Assembly (NCBI GenBank): GCA_009391195.1
Contig: VEXB01000004.1
Location: 6,665 to 70,664, forward strand
DNA length: 64,000 bases
Source: SAR202 cluster bacterium AC-647-P02_OGT_505m
GTDB taxonomy: Bacteria; Chloroflexota; Dehalococcoidia; Lucifugimonadales; UBA826
Direction of reading: 5' to 3'
Under the pieces are notes generated by a model. The model was not told where the DNA came from and did no database searches. It saw nothing but the letters and a program-made list of their open reading frames with translations. Position numbers and translations under genes: made by a program. Numbering within the stretch: position 1 is the first letter of the stretch; every line of letters begins with the position of its first letter. Below, one piece after another: positions 51,321 through 60,796 of the stretch.

Positions 51321-52184
51321 TCAAGACGTTAGGGCACCGTTAACCAGTTTGTGAAGGGTTTCCAATAGTGCCGCGTTTTCTGCTAAATCGAATCCGTCAA
51401 CTTTATAAATTTGTTCCCCGGAAAAACCGTCCACAGCTCCCAGATCGACCATATCAGAGATCCTTTGGGTGTCTTCGTCGATTGTAGGGAGAATGTTTTT
51501 TCCGGCGGATACTGACAGTGCAGCGAGTAATCCGTACCCACCCCAATTGGAGACGCTGGCAATTATCAATTCAGTAACTTTGGAAACAGCTGGATAGGAA
51601 ACCAGTGTTTCAGATTTTTCTACCCCGTCTCTGACGTTCCCTAGTCCAATTTCGTTTCCGCCATCACCAATCCCAATAGTTTTCGAATGCATATCAAACA
51701 TGAGGTCAACTTTCGCTGTCTGATCACTTATGTCGAGGTCCCGCATGTTTCGATATAAGCCATCAGCTGCAGCAGCACAGCGTTCGATTGATATCAGTAC
51801 AGAAGGATTCTCAGCGCTTAATATTTCCTCTGCGTATTGGACGCTTTTAGTAAGGGTAGTTATTGGAAAATCTATAACATCAGTACTTTCGGCAACATAA
51901 GGGCGTAACAGCATGCTGGAGTATTCATCGGCCACATATTTAACCTTGTATCCAAGCTGTTCTAATCCAACTCCAATGGCAATTGCACCTGGTGGACCAT
52001 CAGTTTCAGCCGCTCCTGCGCTTAGAATGTAAAATCCAGTGGTGATCAAAATCGTCCCGGTATTGTCGAGAACTAGCTCTGCAGCTCTGGCGCAGGAGTC
52101 TGGGGGAACTAGATCCCGTAGTTCTGATATACCTCTTTGATCGTTTGACAGTATGATGTCTTCAATCGTCAAGTTTGCATCCAT
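51321..52184 (-). CDS. DUF4392 / D-glutamate cyclase C-terminal-domain protein
   Basis: TTGF, ETDGPPG, SIER, Y.NMR, GIGDGGNEIG, VSNWGG. Confidence 0.85.
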   Translation of the reverse strand: MDANLTIEDIILSNDQRGISELRDLVPPDSCARAAELVLDNTGTILITTGFYILSAGAAETDGPPGAIAIGVGLEQLGYKVKYVADEYSSMLLRPYVAESTDVIDFPITTLTKSVQYAEEILSAENPSVLISIERCAAAADGLYRNMRDLDISDQTAKVDLMFDMHSKTIGIGDGGNEIGLGNVRDGVEKSETLVSYPAVSKVTELIIASVSNWGGYGLLAALSVSAGKNILPTIDEDTQRISDMVDLGAVDGFSGEQIYKVDGFDLAENAALLETLHKLVNGALTS

Positions 52185-52982
52185 TTATAACACCGAATAT
52201 TCTTCATCTTTTTTATCAGTAATGAACATGTAACCCGGAGCATGGGTGATCATTATTTCTGGCTTTGAGCTCATTGCTACACTTTGAGGTGTCACGCCAC
52301 ATGCCCAAAACACAGGGACTTCGCCCTCATTTATTTCAGTTGAATCGCCGAAGTCTGGCTTTGAAATGTCCGAAATTCCAATCGCTTCCGGTGATCCTAC
52401 ATGTATGGGAGACCCATGAACGCTGGGAAATCTTGACGTCACCTGAACAGCTCTAACAACTTTTTCCTGGGGTATTGACCTCATTGAAACCACCATGGGG
52501 CCAGAGAATTCTCCTGCAGAAGCGGTTTCTATATTTGTAATGTACATGGAAACGTTCGTCCCTTTCTCAAAATGAGGGAGTCTTATTCCATTGTTTTGTA
52601 GCGCAGCCTCAAAGGAAAAGCTACATCCGAGCATAAAGGTTACAAAATCTTTTTCCCAAATGTTTTCTAACGATTTGATTTCTTCTTCTAGGACACCATT
52701 TTTATAAACGCGGTATAGCGGGACATCATTTCTGACGTCACTGCCTGGCGCCGTGAGTTTGGCTTCTATTTCTCCCGGCTCGAGTACTTCAATTAGCGGA
52801 CATGGTTTTGGATTGCGTTGACAAAAAAGAAGGAAATCGAAAGCGTTTTTGCGGGGAAGAATGGCAAGGTTTGCCTGGACAAACCCTGGTGCCAATCCCG
52901 ATGTTGGCCTTGTTAGCTCATTGTTTCGAAAGGAATTACGAAGTTCGGCAGGTGAATTAATTAGGTCTATTTCTTTAAGCAT
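52185..52982 (-). CDS. DUF1445 / YcsI-like putative hydro-lyase (D-glutamate cyclase family)
   Basis: QANL, FCQRNPKPCP, GCSFSFE, FWACGVTPQ, THAPG.M..TD. Confidence 0.9.
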   Translation of the reverse strand: MLKEIDLINSPAELRNSFRNNELTRPTSGLAPGFVQANLAILPRKNAFDFLLFCQRNPKPCPLIEVLEPGEIEAKLTAPGSDVRNDVPLYRVYKNGVLEEEIKSLENIWEKDFVTFMLGCSFSFEAALQNNGIRLPHFEKGTNVSMYITNIETASAGEFSGPMVVSMRSIPQEKVVRAVQVTSRFPSVHGSPIHVGSPEAIGISDISKPDFGDSTEINEGEVPVFWACGVTPQSVAMSSKPEIMITHAPGYMFITDKKDEEYSVL

Positions 52983-53162
52983 AATCTGTTTCCCCCCGGA
53001 ATCTCTTGGTTTCAGGCCTCATATGGTGATTCTAAGCTATTATTACTATATTCACTTCCAACGCTATTCTACCCCCAAGCATTAACTTTTGTCTGAGCTC
53101 TTAATCTCCTCTTTATCCCGTTGAAGCATTATTTGACGCTATGCTATTCTTTTCATTCAGGT

Positions 53163-53239
<77 letters not shown>

Positions 53240-53323
53240 ATCCTAGTCTTTGGGTGTGACTTTTACAGGGTTTCATCCTTTATTTGGACTGACTTAAAAC
53301 TTTTATGAGTTACTCAAATTTGA

Positions 53324-53359
53324 CCGAGTGCCTAAATTTGGATATATTTAGGCACTCGG
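53324..53359. repeat. 14-bp perfect inverted repeat downstream of tRNA-Pro
   Basis: CCGAGTGCCTAAAT / ATTTAGGCACTCGG. Confidence 0.75.
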
Positions 53360-53627
53360 GAGCGGTCAAAATACCCGAAATAGGGAGATAACTTCAAACA
53401 ATCGAATAGTAGGCTGATTGCCTACTGCTGAGCAACGGATTCAGGTTCTTTTAAACCTCATGAGTCATTGCCTAATAAGCATCCCAGGGGTTCACTCACT
53501 CATTCCAACACGTAGAAGTTAATTTCTGGTGCCAGCGATCTTGGTCCGTAATGGCAAACATGCCTAAGGTTTGACCACGGAAAGCCCGCACCAACAGGTC
53601 TGTACATTTAGCTAAGGAGAAGTATAT

Positions 53628-54884
53628 ATGTTAGGGAGTTTAATTCGCGGTAGGACTTTGACAGTGTCAGTTGTTCTATTGGTTGCAGCATTTGTTATGT
53701 TTTCAATCGCTTGTGGGGAGACGGTGAGGGAGGTTGAGGTAATTAAAGTTGTTGAAAAAGAAGTTCCAGTGGAAGTCGTTAAGGAAGTAGTGGTTGATAA
53801 GATCGTTCCAGTGGAAGTCATTAAGGAAGTCGCCATCGATAAGATCGTCGAGGTGGAGGTTCCTGTTGAAGTAGTAAAAATCAAAAAAGAAATTATGAAG
53901 GTAGAGGTTGAAGTACCTGTGCCTGAAGGTCCAAAAAGAGAAATAGTCTTTGGTGGACTTAACTGGGACAGTGCGCTGGTCCAGAATGGTATTGCCAGGT
54001 ATATAGTCGAGCATGGCTACGGTCATGAGACTTCACAGATCGAAGGAGCCACCGTTCCACTATTCCAGGGTTTGAGGAAAGGTGATATAGACATCACGAT
54101 GGAGATCTGGCTCCCCAACCAAAACGTAGTTTGGAATGAAGCTGTGAAGGCAGGGGAAGTGATCCCTGTAGGTAAGAGCCTTGAGGATAACTGGCAGAGT
54201 ACATTTCTTATTCCTGCCTACGTCCAAGAAGCCAATCCAGATTTAGATTCTGTAGAGGACCTTAAAGAAGAAAAATACAAGGCATTATTTGCAGAACCAG
54301 ATAGCAGTGGAAAAGCTGTGCTATGGGGCTGTATCGCTGGATGGGCGTGTAGGGGAGTCCAGGAAGGAACTGACGCTGGTCCGGGACAAATATCAGCATA
54401 TGGCTTAACTGACCATGTTGAACTTAGAGATCCGGGAACCTCTGGCGCGCTGGGAGCCGCTATTGAAGGTGCGTTTAAGAAAGAGGAAGCTATTCTTTTC
54501 TACTACTGGGGACCAACGAAGCTCATGCTTGACCTAGAGTATCCTGTGAAGGTTGTTGACTTAGAGCAGCCCGATCCAAGCACCTGTGCTGGTAATGACC
54601 CTGTACACGGTTGTGCTTTCCCTCCAGCGGAAATCATGATCGCTATGAATACAGATTTAGTTCATGAAGCCCCCTATCTAATCAAGTTTTTCAACAACTG
54701 GGATTGGTCAGCCGGAAATCAGTTAGTCGCTGACGCCTGGTACGGTGACAATAATGGGGATTACGGCAGTTCTGAAGAGGCTTTTGAGGCAACAGCTGTC
54801 TGGTTCCTAAGTAATAATGATTCATGGCAGAGCTGGGTACCTGAAGATGTACGCGATAGTGTATTAGCGGCTTTGGCCAAATAA
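53628..54884 (+). CDS. Glycine betaine/proline-type ABC transporter substrate-binding lipoprotein with a V/E/K/P-rich linker
   Basis: Lipobox SIAC; NWDS, EIWLPN, FYYWGP OpuAC/ProX motifs; AAGGAG RBS. Confidence 0.88.
   Translation: MLGSLIRGRTLTVSVVLLVAAFVMFSIACGETVREVEVIKVVEKEVPVEVVKEVVVDKIVPVEVIKEVAIDKIVEVEVPVEVVKIKKEIMKVEVEVPVPEGPKREIVFGGLNWDSALVQNGIARYIVEHGYGHETSQIEGATVPLFQGLRKGDIDITMEIWLPNQNVVWNEAVKAGEVIPVGKSLEDNWQSTFLIPAYVQEANPDLDSVEDLKEEKYKALFAEPDSSGKAVLWGCIAGWACRGVQEGTDAGPGQISAYGLTDHVELRDPGTSGALGAAIEGAFKKEEAILFYYWGPTKLMLDLEYPVKVVDLEQPDPSTCAGNDPVHGCAFPPAEIMIAMNTDLVHEAPYLIKFFNNWDWSAGNQLVADAWYGDNNGDYGSSEEAFEATAVWFLSNNDSWQSWVPEDVRDSVLAALAK
53763..53846 (+). repeat. Imperfect 42-bp tandem repeat encoding VPVEV(V/I)KEV(V/A)(V/I)DKI x2
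   Basis: gttccagtggaagtc(g/a)ttaaggaagt...gataagatc repeated. Confidence 0.8.
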
Positions 54885-54928
54885 GGGTTTCAGTTAGTTA
54901 GAAATATTGATTTTGCTAACTGGAGTGC

Positions 54929-54966
54929 AAAAAGGGGACCGCTCTGTTCAGGGCGGTCCCTCTTTT
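54929..54966 (+). terminator. Stem-loop with T-tract between binding-protein and ATPase genes
   Basis: GGGACCGCTCTG-TT-CAGGGCGGTCCC followed by TCTTTT. Confidence 0.7.
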
Positions 54967-54986
54967 GTGTGGGATTACTGTGACTT

Positions 54987-56180
54987 ATGACTGTAGAACC
55001 TGAACAAATTAGCCACCAGATTGTGGTGGACCGTCTTTGGAAAGTGTTTGGAAATAACCCTTCCAGTGCCTTGGAAGCTGAAAATGCGGGAAAGTCGCGA
55101 GCAGAGATTCAATCTGAATTTGACCAAGTTGTTGCCCTTAGAGATGTTTCCTTCCATGTGGAGAAAGGGGAAACATTCGTCGTTATGGGACTGTCGGGTA
55201 GCGGAAAATCTACGCTGGTAAGATGCCTGAGCCGTTTAATCGAGACTACTTCTGGGCACATATATGTTGACCTGGAAGATGTTACCTCACTGGACGACAA
55301 ATCACTTAGGGAATTTAGGCGTAGTAAGGTGTCCATGGTATTTCAGAACTTCGGGCTTCTTCCACATCGAAACGTCATGGACAATGCCTGCTATGGACTG
55401 GAAATCAAAGGCTTGTCCAGAACCGAACGTTATGAAAGAGCCCAAAGGATGCTGGATTTAGTCGGATTGAATGGCTGGGAAACTTCTAAAGTAAGCCAAC
55501 TGAGTGGTGGTATGCAGCAACGAGTTGGATTGGCAAGGGCTTTGGCAGTGGAACCAGAGATTCTACTTCTGGATGAGCCATTCAGTGGGCTGGACCCATT
55601 GATAAGACGCCAGATGAGGTCTGAACTTGCAGTGTTGCAAAAAGAGATACAAAAGACGATGGTTTTTATCACGCATGATTTGGATGAGGCTGTCACTGTG
55701 GGGGACAGGATAGCTATTATGCGAGATGGTGAGATAATCCAGATGGGAACGCCTGAGGAAATAATTCTGAACCCGGTAGACGACTTCGTCGCCGAATTCA
55801 CCGAGGATGTTTCCAAGGACAGGGTCCTTAATGCCTCGTCCATTTCAGTCACTCCGGACCTAATTTGGTCCTATTCTCACGATTTGAATAGCTTAAAGAA
55901 CAAGATGGATGAGGTTAAAGCTGGGCATATAGCCTTTGTGAATGAATCAGGAGCCTCGTTGGGTGTCTTGACGGGAAGTGACGTGGAACATATTGCATCC
56001 ATGGAAGAATTAGACCGTATGCTGGGAGAATCAACCGATACGATGATGTATTCCAGCAATGTTAAACCTGCAATTTCAAAATTGGCCAACTCATCAACAC
56101 CTATCCCTGTCGTGGATTCTGATAATAATCTTCTTGGCGTAATAACCCAGGCCTCCATTTTGAATGCTCTATCTGAGTAG
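54987..56180 (+). CDS. proV: Glycine betaine/proline ABC transporter ATPase with CBS pair
   Basis: GLSGSGKS, LSGGMQQRVGLARALA, LLDEPFSGLDPLIR, C-terminal CBS-like region. Confidence 0.9.
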   Translation: MTVEPEQISHQIVVDRLWKVFGNNPSSALEAENAGKSRAEIQSEFDQVVALRDVSFHVEKGETFVVMGLSGSGKSTLVRCLSRLIETTSGHIYVDLEDVTSLDDKSLREFRRSKVSMVFQNFGLLPHRNVMDNACYGLEIKGLSRTERYERAQRMLDLVGLNGWETSKVSQLSGGMQQRVGLARALAVEPEILLLDEPFSGLDPLIRRQMRSELAVLQKEIQKTMVFITHDLDEAVTVGDRIAIMRDGEIIQMGTPEEIILNPVDDFVAEFTEDVSKDRVLNASSISVTPDLIWSYSHDLNSLKNKMDEVKAGHIAFVNESGASLGVLTGSDVEHIASMEELDRMLGESTDTMMYSSNVKPAISKLANSSTPIPVVDSDNNLLGVITQASILNALSE

Positions 56181-56221
56181 GAAAACCCTAATTAAAATAA
56201 ATTGTTGGAGCGCCAAACCCC

Positions 56222-57238
56222 ATGTCAGCACCAGATAGAGAGATATCAGCACCAGATAGAGAGATAATAAATTCAGAGAAGGGTGCATCTCCCCGAATCA
56301 ATCAAAGCTTGAAGAAATTTTATTTCCCGTTTGTAGTGATATTGGGCGCAATTGTTTTGTCATTGATGATCCATGGGTCAGGGTTTGAACTAGCTTTGGA
56401 TTTCCCTGTTGACGTTAGCAATGAAATGGAGGGGGCGCTAGATGATTCGGTCGATTGGATCGTAATTACCTTTGGCGACTTTTTTGATGCTATTAGCGAT
56501 TCTATCAAGGTGGTACTGGGAAAACTTAGAGATCTACTGATCTGGATTCCATGGCCGATAATGATGTCTCTTGTTTTTATAATTGGTTGGAAAGTTGCTT
56601 CTTTAAAAATTGCGATAATGTCAGTTGTAGGCATGACTATCCTAGCCTTAGTCAATTTATGGGAACCCACCATGGTGACAGTCGCGATAATGATAGTTGC
56701 TGTTTTCTTATCTATAGTTATTGGTGTGCCTGTAGGGGTATTGGCAGCTAGAAGTGATTCTGTTGATACCGGGATACGTCCAGTTTTAGATACTATGCAA
56801 ACCATGCCGAGCTTTGTTTATCTTGTCCCTGGAATTATGCTTTTTGGTCTGGGAAACGTCGCCGCTATATTTGCTACAGTGCTATACGCTCTACCTCCGT
56901 GTATACGACTCACCAATTTAGGGATCAGACAGGTGGATCCTTCTGTAGTAGAGGCTGGAACATCTTTTGGTTCGAGTAATATGCAATTGCTTTTCAAAAT
57001 ACAAATACCAATGGCGATTCCCACCATCATGGCTGGAATAAATCAAACCGTTATGATGGCGTTAGCCATGTCCACGATTGCTGCAATGGTTGGCGCGGGA
57101 GGCCTGGGTATTGAGGTATTGAGGGCAATGGGGCAATTAAGAGAAGGAGAAGCGATAATTGCTGGGTGTGCGATTGTTATACTGGCCATCATAATTGATA
57201 GAATTTCGCAGGGTTATATAGAAAATAGAACCCAGTAA
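56222..57238 (+). CDS. proW: Glycine betaine/proline ABC transporter permease
   Basis: LDTMQTMPSFVYLVP, RLTNLGIRQV, EA...FG, GINQT.MMAL. Confidence 0.9.
   Translation: MSAPDREISAPDREIINSEKGASPRINQSLKKFYFPFVVILGAIVLSLMIHGSGFELALDFPVDVSNEMEGALDDSVDWIVITFGDFFDAISDSIKVVLGKLRDLLIWIPWPIMMSLVFIIGWKVASLKIAIMSVVGMTILALVNLWEPTMVTVAIMIVAVFLSIVIGVPVGVLAARSDSVDTGIRPVLDTMQTMPSFVYLVPGIMLFGLGNVAAIFATVLYALPPCIRLTNLGIRQVDPSVVEAGTSFGSSNMQLLFKIQIPMAIPTIMAGINQTVMMALAMSTIAAMVGAGGLGIEVLRAMGQLREGEAIIAGCAIVILAIIIDRISQGYIENRTQ
56225..56266 (+). repeat. Perfect 21-bp tandem duplication (SAPDREI x2) at the proW N-terminus
   Basis: TCAGCACCAGATAGAGAGATA twice in direct succession. Confidence 0.9.
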
Positions 57239-57412
57239 GAACTGCAGCCAGTTATATCGACTTAGTTATTAACAGTTCATATATTGACGGTTTGGAAAAC
57301 TAAGGCGAATTTTGGCACCACAAGAATTCCCAACTACGAAGGTATAGGGGTGTGGGTAAAAGAGTTTTTTTAAAAGAGACTTGGCATTCTGATTAGGATT
57401 GGCTAGGAGAAA

Positions 57413-58432
57413 TCACCTATTCGCATAAGGAATTTCATCGTATAGTCCTGACAGCGTGTCTACCCATTGAGCAGGTAGTAACAATACAGGTTGCATCGAT
57501 CCTTCTTGGCTGTTTAAGGCGTAGTAGTAGTCACCTTCTTCCGATTTGTCCCCAATGATTAGAAGGACGCCGTCTACGTAATTTGTACCTGACTCACTCA
57601 CTCCTCTAAATCTCATCTCTATAGACAGTGAATTGTCACCAATTCCCCATTCCGTGTAATCTCTGTCTTCAACCTTATGCCTATGAATTTTCATTCCTTC
57701 GGGTCTGGACAAGAGTGGCAATATTTTTTCCCACTTTGACACATCGACGGGATGCGGGTCGGCACTTACCAGGTAGTCTGTGACTACCCACTCACCATTT
57801 TTCTTGGTAAAACTAAGTTGGGCTGGATCACTGTCGGGATCGTCAGTAGTAGGGAACAGGTTGAATTCTTCTATAGATTTTGGATTCCGAATTACATAGT
57901 ATTTGGGGTATGGGGGCTCTTTAGCGAGGCGAGATACCACCTCTCCCCAAGTGTCCGCTATTAAAAATAATTGAGGAAACCCAGATATCTGACCGTAATG
58001 ATGGTCTCCGTCAGTGGTTTTATCGCCAAGCCTGAACTGTAGATATCTGTCAAAAGTTAAGCCAATATCAACTATGGTGTGTGGATCCGCTAATCCGTAT
58101 TCAGCTGGATCTTCAATGATTAATTTGGTTTCGGTAAGATCGCGTTTGGTCTGAGGACCTCCGAGTAGATACGCAATTCCCCCCCATCTCATATGGTCCG
58201 GCGGTATATCACCCTCGATGTCAAATGCCCATGTCCCTTCTGCAGTTTTATTGAAAAGAACATCATATCCCTCAGATTGAACGCCAATCGAGGTCATGTC
58301 ATCGACCGATACTTGGTAGAACCAAGGACGAGGCAGTGCCTTTTCCTCTTCCTTCTCAAACGGATTAAGAAAATAAACAGCTCCCGCTATGGCAGCCACA
58401 AATATAAGTGCTAACGTAAGCTTGAAGTTCAA
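57413..58432 (-). CDS. DUF4340-domain membrane-anchored protein
   Basis: N-terminal TM anchor; two EYGL/EWGI...GDK(T/S) modules; last gene of a Gld-like operon. Confidence 0.7.
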   Translation of the reverse strand: MNFKLTLALIFVAAIAGAVYFLNPFEKEEEKALPRPWFYQVSVDDMTSIGVQSEGYDVLFNKTAEGTWAFDIEGDIPPDHMRWGGIAYLLGGPQTKRDLTETKLIIEDPAEYGLADPHTIVDIGLTFDRYLQFRLGDKTTDGDHHYGQISGFPQLFLIADTWGEVVSRLAKEPPYPKYYVIRNPKSIEEFNLFPTTDDPDSDPAQLSFTKKNGEWVVTDYLVSADPHPVDVSKWEKILPLLSRPEGMKIHRHKVEDRDYTEWGIGDNSLSIEMRFRGVSESGTNYVDGVLLIIGDKSEEGDYYYALNSQEGSMQPVLLLPAQWVDTLSGLYDEIPYANR

Positions 58433-58444
58433 ACTGAAACGCTC

Positions 58445-60082
58445 CTAACGTCTTCTCCACCAAACGAAAATGCCGAGTATTAGTGCTAGAGCAGGGGGTA
58501 ATACCCAGCTGGACCACTTTATGAAGTCACGTTCTCTGGAGTTTACGACCAGTTCCCGATATGGGACTAATTTTGGTCTTATTGAAATTAATTCATAATC
58601 ATCCGCAAGCCAATTTACAGAATTCAAAAATAGGTCGGCATTGTCGCTACTATGGAAGTATTTGTTTGTAGCGAAGTCGGAGTCGGCAAAGATGACTATT
58701 TTGGCAGGCTTTCTAGAAGACACCAGAGAAGGAGCTTCAGTAATCAAACCCTGAGTTTCCAAGACTCCAGCCACAACAAATGGCCCAGGCATTTCTTCAT
58801 TCGAGAATCCCGGAGAATCTGAATCGGTCTCAAGCCAACTTGCAGGAGTAGTTATCCCTATCTCAGTGAATTTAATGTGAGATGGCAGATCGTCTGTGTG
58901 CACCAAAGAAGTTATTGGGCCTACCTCAGGAAAGAAACTCACACTTATCTCATCAGCTATTCCGATACCACTTCTATTACTTCCGTATAGTTGGCCGTTG
59001 GCCTTTTGCAACATAGGAGTAAGCATTTCGCCTCCAACATTGCTAACAGCGTCAGCCACTGGTTGATTTCCTATTGCCAAGCCATAGGTGGCCAACATTA
59101 CGTTAAAGCCATCAGGCACTCCAGGGTCATACAATGCTAGAACGTGCCCTCCCGTGGTTACATATTTTGTGAGAGCCTCAAATTCAGTGTCGTCGATGTC
59201 CTTATCAGGGCCAGCTATGATGAGCACGGCTGTGTCTTCAGGAACTTCTCCAACCTGTTTGAGATTGAGTGGCAAAACTCTGTAGTTATCTCGTTGCATG
59301 CCCTCTATCGCAAAATCTAGGCCCGTGTCAGCCCTGTCTGTTTGAGAGGCCTCACCATGGCCGATGAGAACGCGCACCTTTTTCTGTTGCACGTCTGAGG
59401 CAACCAAGATACCTGTGACGAACTCCTGCTCAGTGAATCTCATTATTCCTTGGAGTTTTCCGCTATCTGCATCCTCAAATACTATCGTGGGATAAGTCCG
59501 GACATCATATTTTAAGGCTTGAGCTCTGTTTAATTCTGGGTCTATGAATCTGTAGCTAAAATTGTCTGATCTTCGTTGAAATTCATTTAATAGGTCCTCA
59601 GCCTGTTGCCTTTCTGCGTCAGAAGTTTGTTTTTCAACGAAGAAAGCATTAGCCATGACTGGCGAAGACATCTCATCAAGAATACGAAGAGTCTGGGGTG
59701 ATAATGTGAATATTCTAGTAGCTGTTGTATCAATTCTGGTGGGGCTTTGGTAGATCAAGAAGTTCAACACCAAAAGTATAACGAAGAAAGCAATTGTCAT
59801 TATGGCTACGTTTGTTCCATAGCGACCCCTGCGTCCAACAAGAAAAATAGCAATAGCTCTCGGAGACAACACTATCGCCAAAAAGATCAGAATTGCTCCG
59901 ATTAACAAAACTATTAGAGAGAGGGAGGATAGTGAGTCAAAGGCTAAATTTATGGCTCCACCGATAACAAGGGCGGCGACTCCACCACCACCGGTAACTA
60001 CACTCCAGAATCCTGGCGATTTGACCGAACTGAGTAGGATGCTTGAATAGGATTCTTCAGTTTGTTCCGGCTGGGATGACAT
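58445..60082 (-). CDS. GldG-like ABC transporter auxiliary protein
   Basis: RIDTT....TLS..T, GHGE, LIIAGP, ADSDF, N..LFLN.VNWL, C-terminal TM with WWRRR. Confidence 0.85.
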   Translation of the reverse strand: MSSQPEQTEESYSSILLSSVKSPGFWSVVTGGGGVAALVIGGAINLAFDSLSSLSLIVLLIGAILIFLAIVLSPRAIAIFLVGRRGRYGTNVAIMTIAFFVILLVLNFLIYQSPTRIDTTATRIFTLSPQTLRILDEMSSPVMANAFFVEKQTSDAERQQAEDLLNEFQRRSDNFSYRFIDPELNRAQALKYDVRTYPTIVFEDADSGKLQGIMRFTEQEFVTGILVASDVQQKKVRVLIGHGEASQTDRADTGLDFAIEGMQRDNYRVLPLNLKQVGEVPEDTAVLIIAGPDKDIDDTEFEALTKYVTTGGHVLALYDPGVPDGFNVMLATYGLAIGNQPVADAVSNVGGEMLTPMLQKANGQLYGSNRSGIGIADEISVSFFPEVGPITSLVHTDDLPSHIKFTEIGITTPASWLETDSDSPGFSNEEMPGPFVVAGVLETQGLITEAPSLVSSRKPAKIVIFADSDFATNKYFHSSDNADLFLNSVNWLADDYELISIRPKLVPYRELVVNSRERDFIKWSSWVLPPALALILGIFVWWRRR

Positions 60083-60796
60083 CTAGCGCCACCTTCGGGT
60101 TTCTAAGGATCTAATGGTGAGAAATACGAATATAGCTATCAAGCTAAGGAAGTAAATAATATGGCTGGTATCTATCACTCCTCTCGTAAAGTCAGAGAGG
60201 CGCCCATCCATTGAAATAGCATTTAAGAATCCACCAGGTGCTCCCTCAACAAGGGATGAAACTCTGTCTATGAAGGTGAAGAACAGTAATACTGCTGTCC
60301 CTACTACAGCCGCAACAATTTGGTTTCCAGATAATGAAGACCCGAGGAGTCCAATTGCCAGCGCTGCAGCGCCGTGGAGGATCAATCCTAGGTAACTACT
60401 CAACACCGGACCGGAATCCGGATCTCCAAACACATAAATCATGAGGACGTAGTAGAGAGTTACAAATTGGATCGCGAGTAGCATGGCTAGACTAGCAATA
60501 TATTTTCCTAAAACCACCTCCCATTCCCTGACAGGAGAGGTGAGAAGTAACTCAAGGGTTCCGAGTTTTTGTTCTTCTGCTAGCAGTCGCATCGTAAGAA
60601 GGGGGGCTAGGAATATGGTAAAAAAGCTCGCCCAATCTACTAAGCCCCTTACTCCCGCCTCAGCGAAAGGACTTGAAATATCAAAGACGAAAAAGACTCC
60701 GGTAAGCGCAAGGAACATTGCTCCAACGACATAAGCCGATGGCATAGCGAAATACGCTCTTGTTTCCTTGGCCGTTATGGCTAATAGATTATTCAT
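60083..60796 (-). CDS. GldF-like ABC-2 permease
   Basis: PLLTMRLLAEE..GTLELLLTSP, GKY, NQIVA. Confidence 0.88.
   Translation of the reverse strand: MNNLLAITAKETRAYFAMPSAYVVGAMFLALTGVFFVFDISSPFAEAGVRGLVDWASFFTIFLAPLLTMRLLAEEQKLGTLELLLTSPVREWEVVLGKYIASLAMLLAIQFVTLYYVLMIYVFGDPDSGPVLSSYLGLILHGAAALAIGLLGSSLSGNQIVAAVVGTAVLLFFTFIDRVSSLVEGAPGGFLNAISMDGRLSDFTRGVIDTSHIIYFLSLIAIFVFLTIRSLETRRWR

Noticed and set aside
53400-53615. SAM-I, glycine, c-di-GMP-I or 6S RNA call for the ABC leader
   Set aside because: Only fragments match (GCAAC, GGTGCC, GGCAAAC...ACGGAAAGC); the required pairings and conserved joins are missing, so it is left unclassified.
53612-53884. Thr/Ser-rich repetitive ORF on the minus strand
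   Set aside because: It is the antisense mirror of the Val/Glu repeats in the binding-protein gene.
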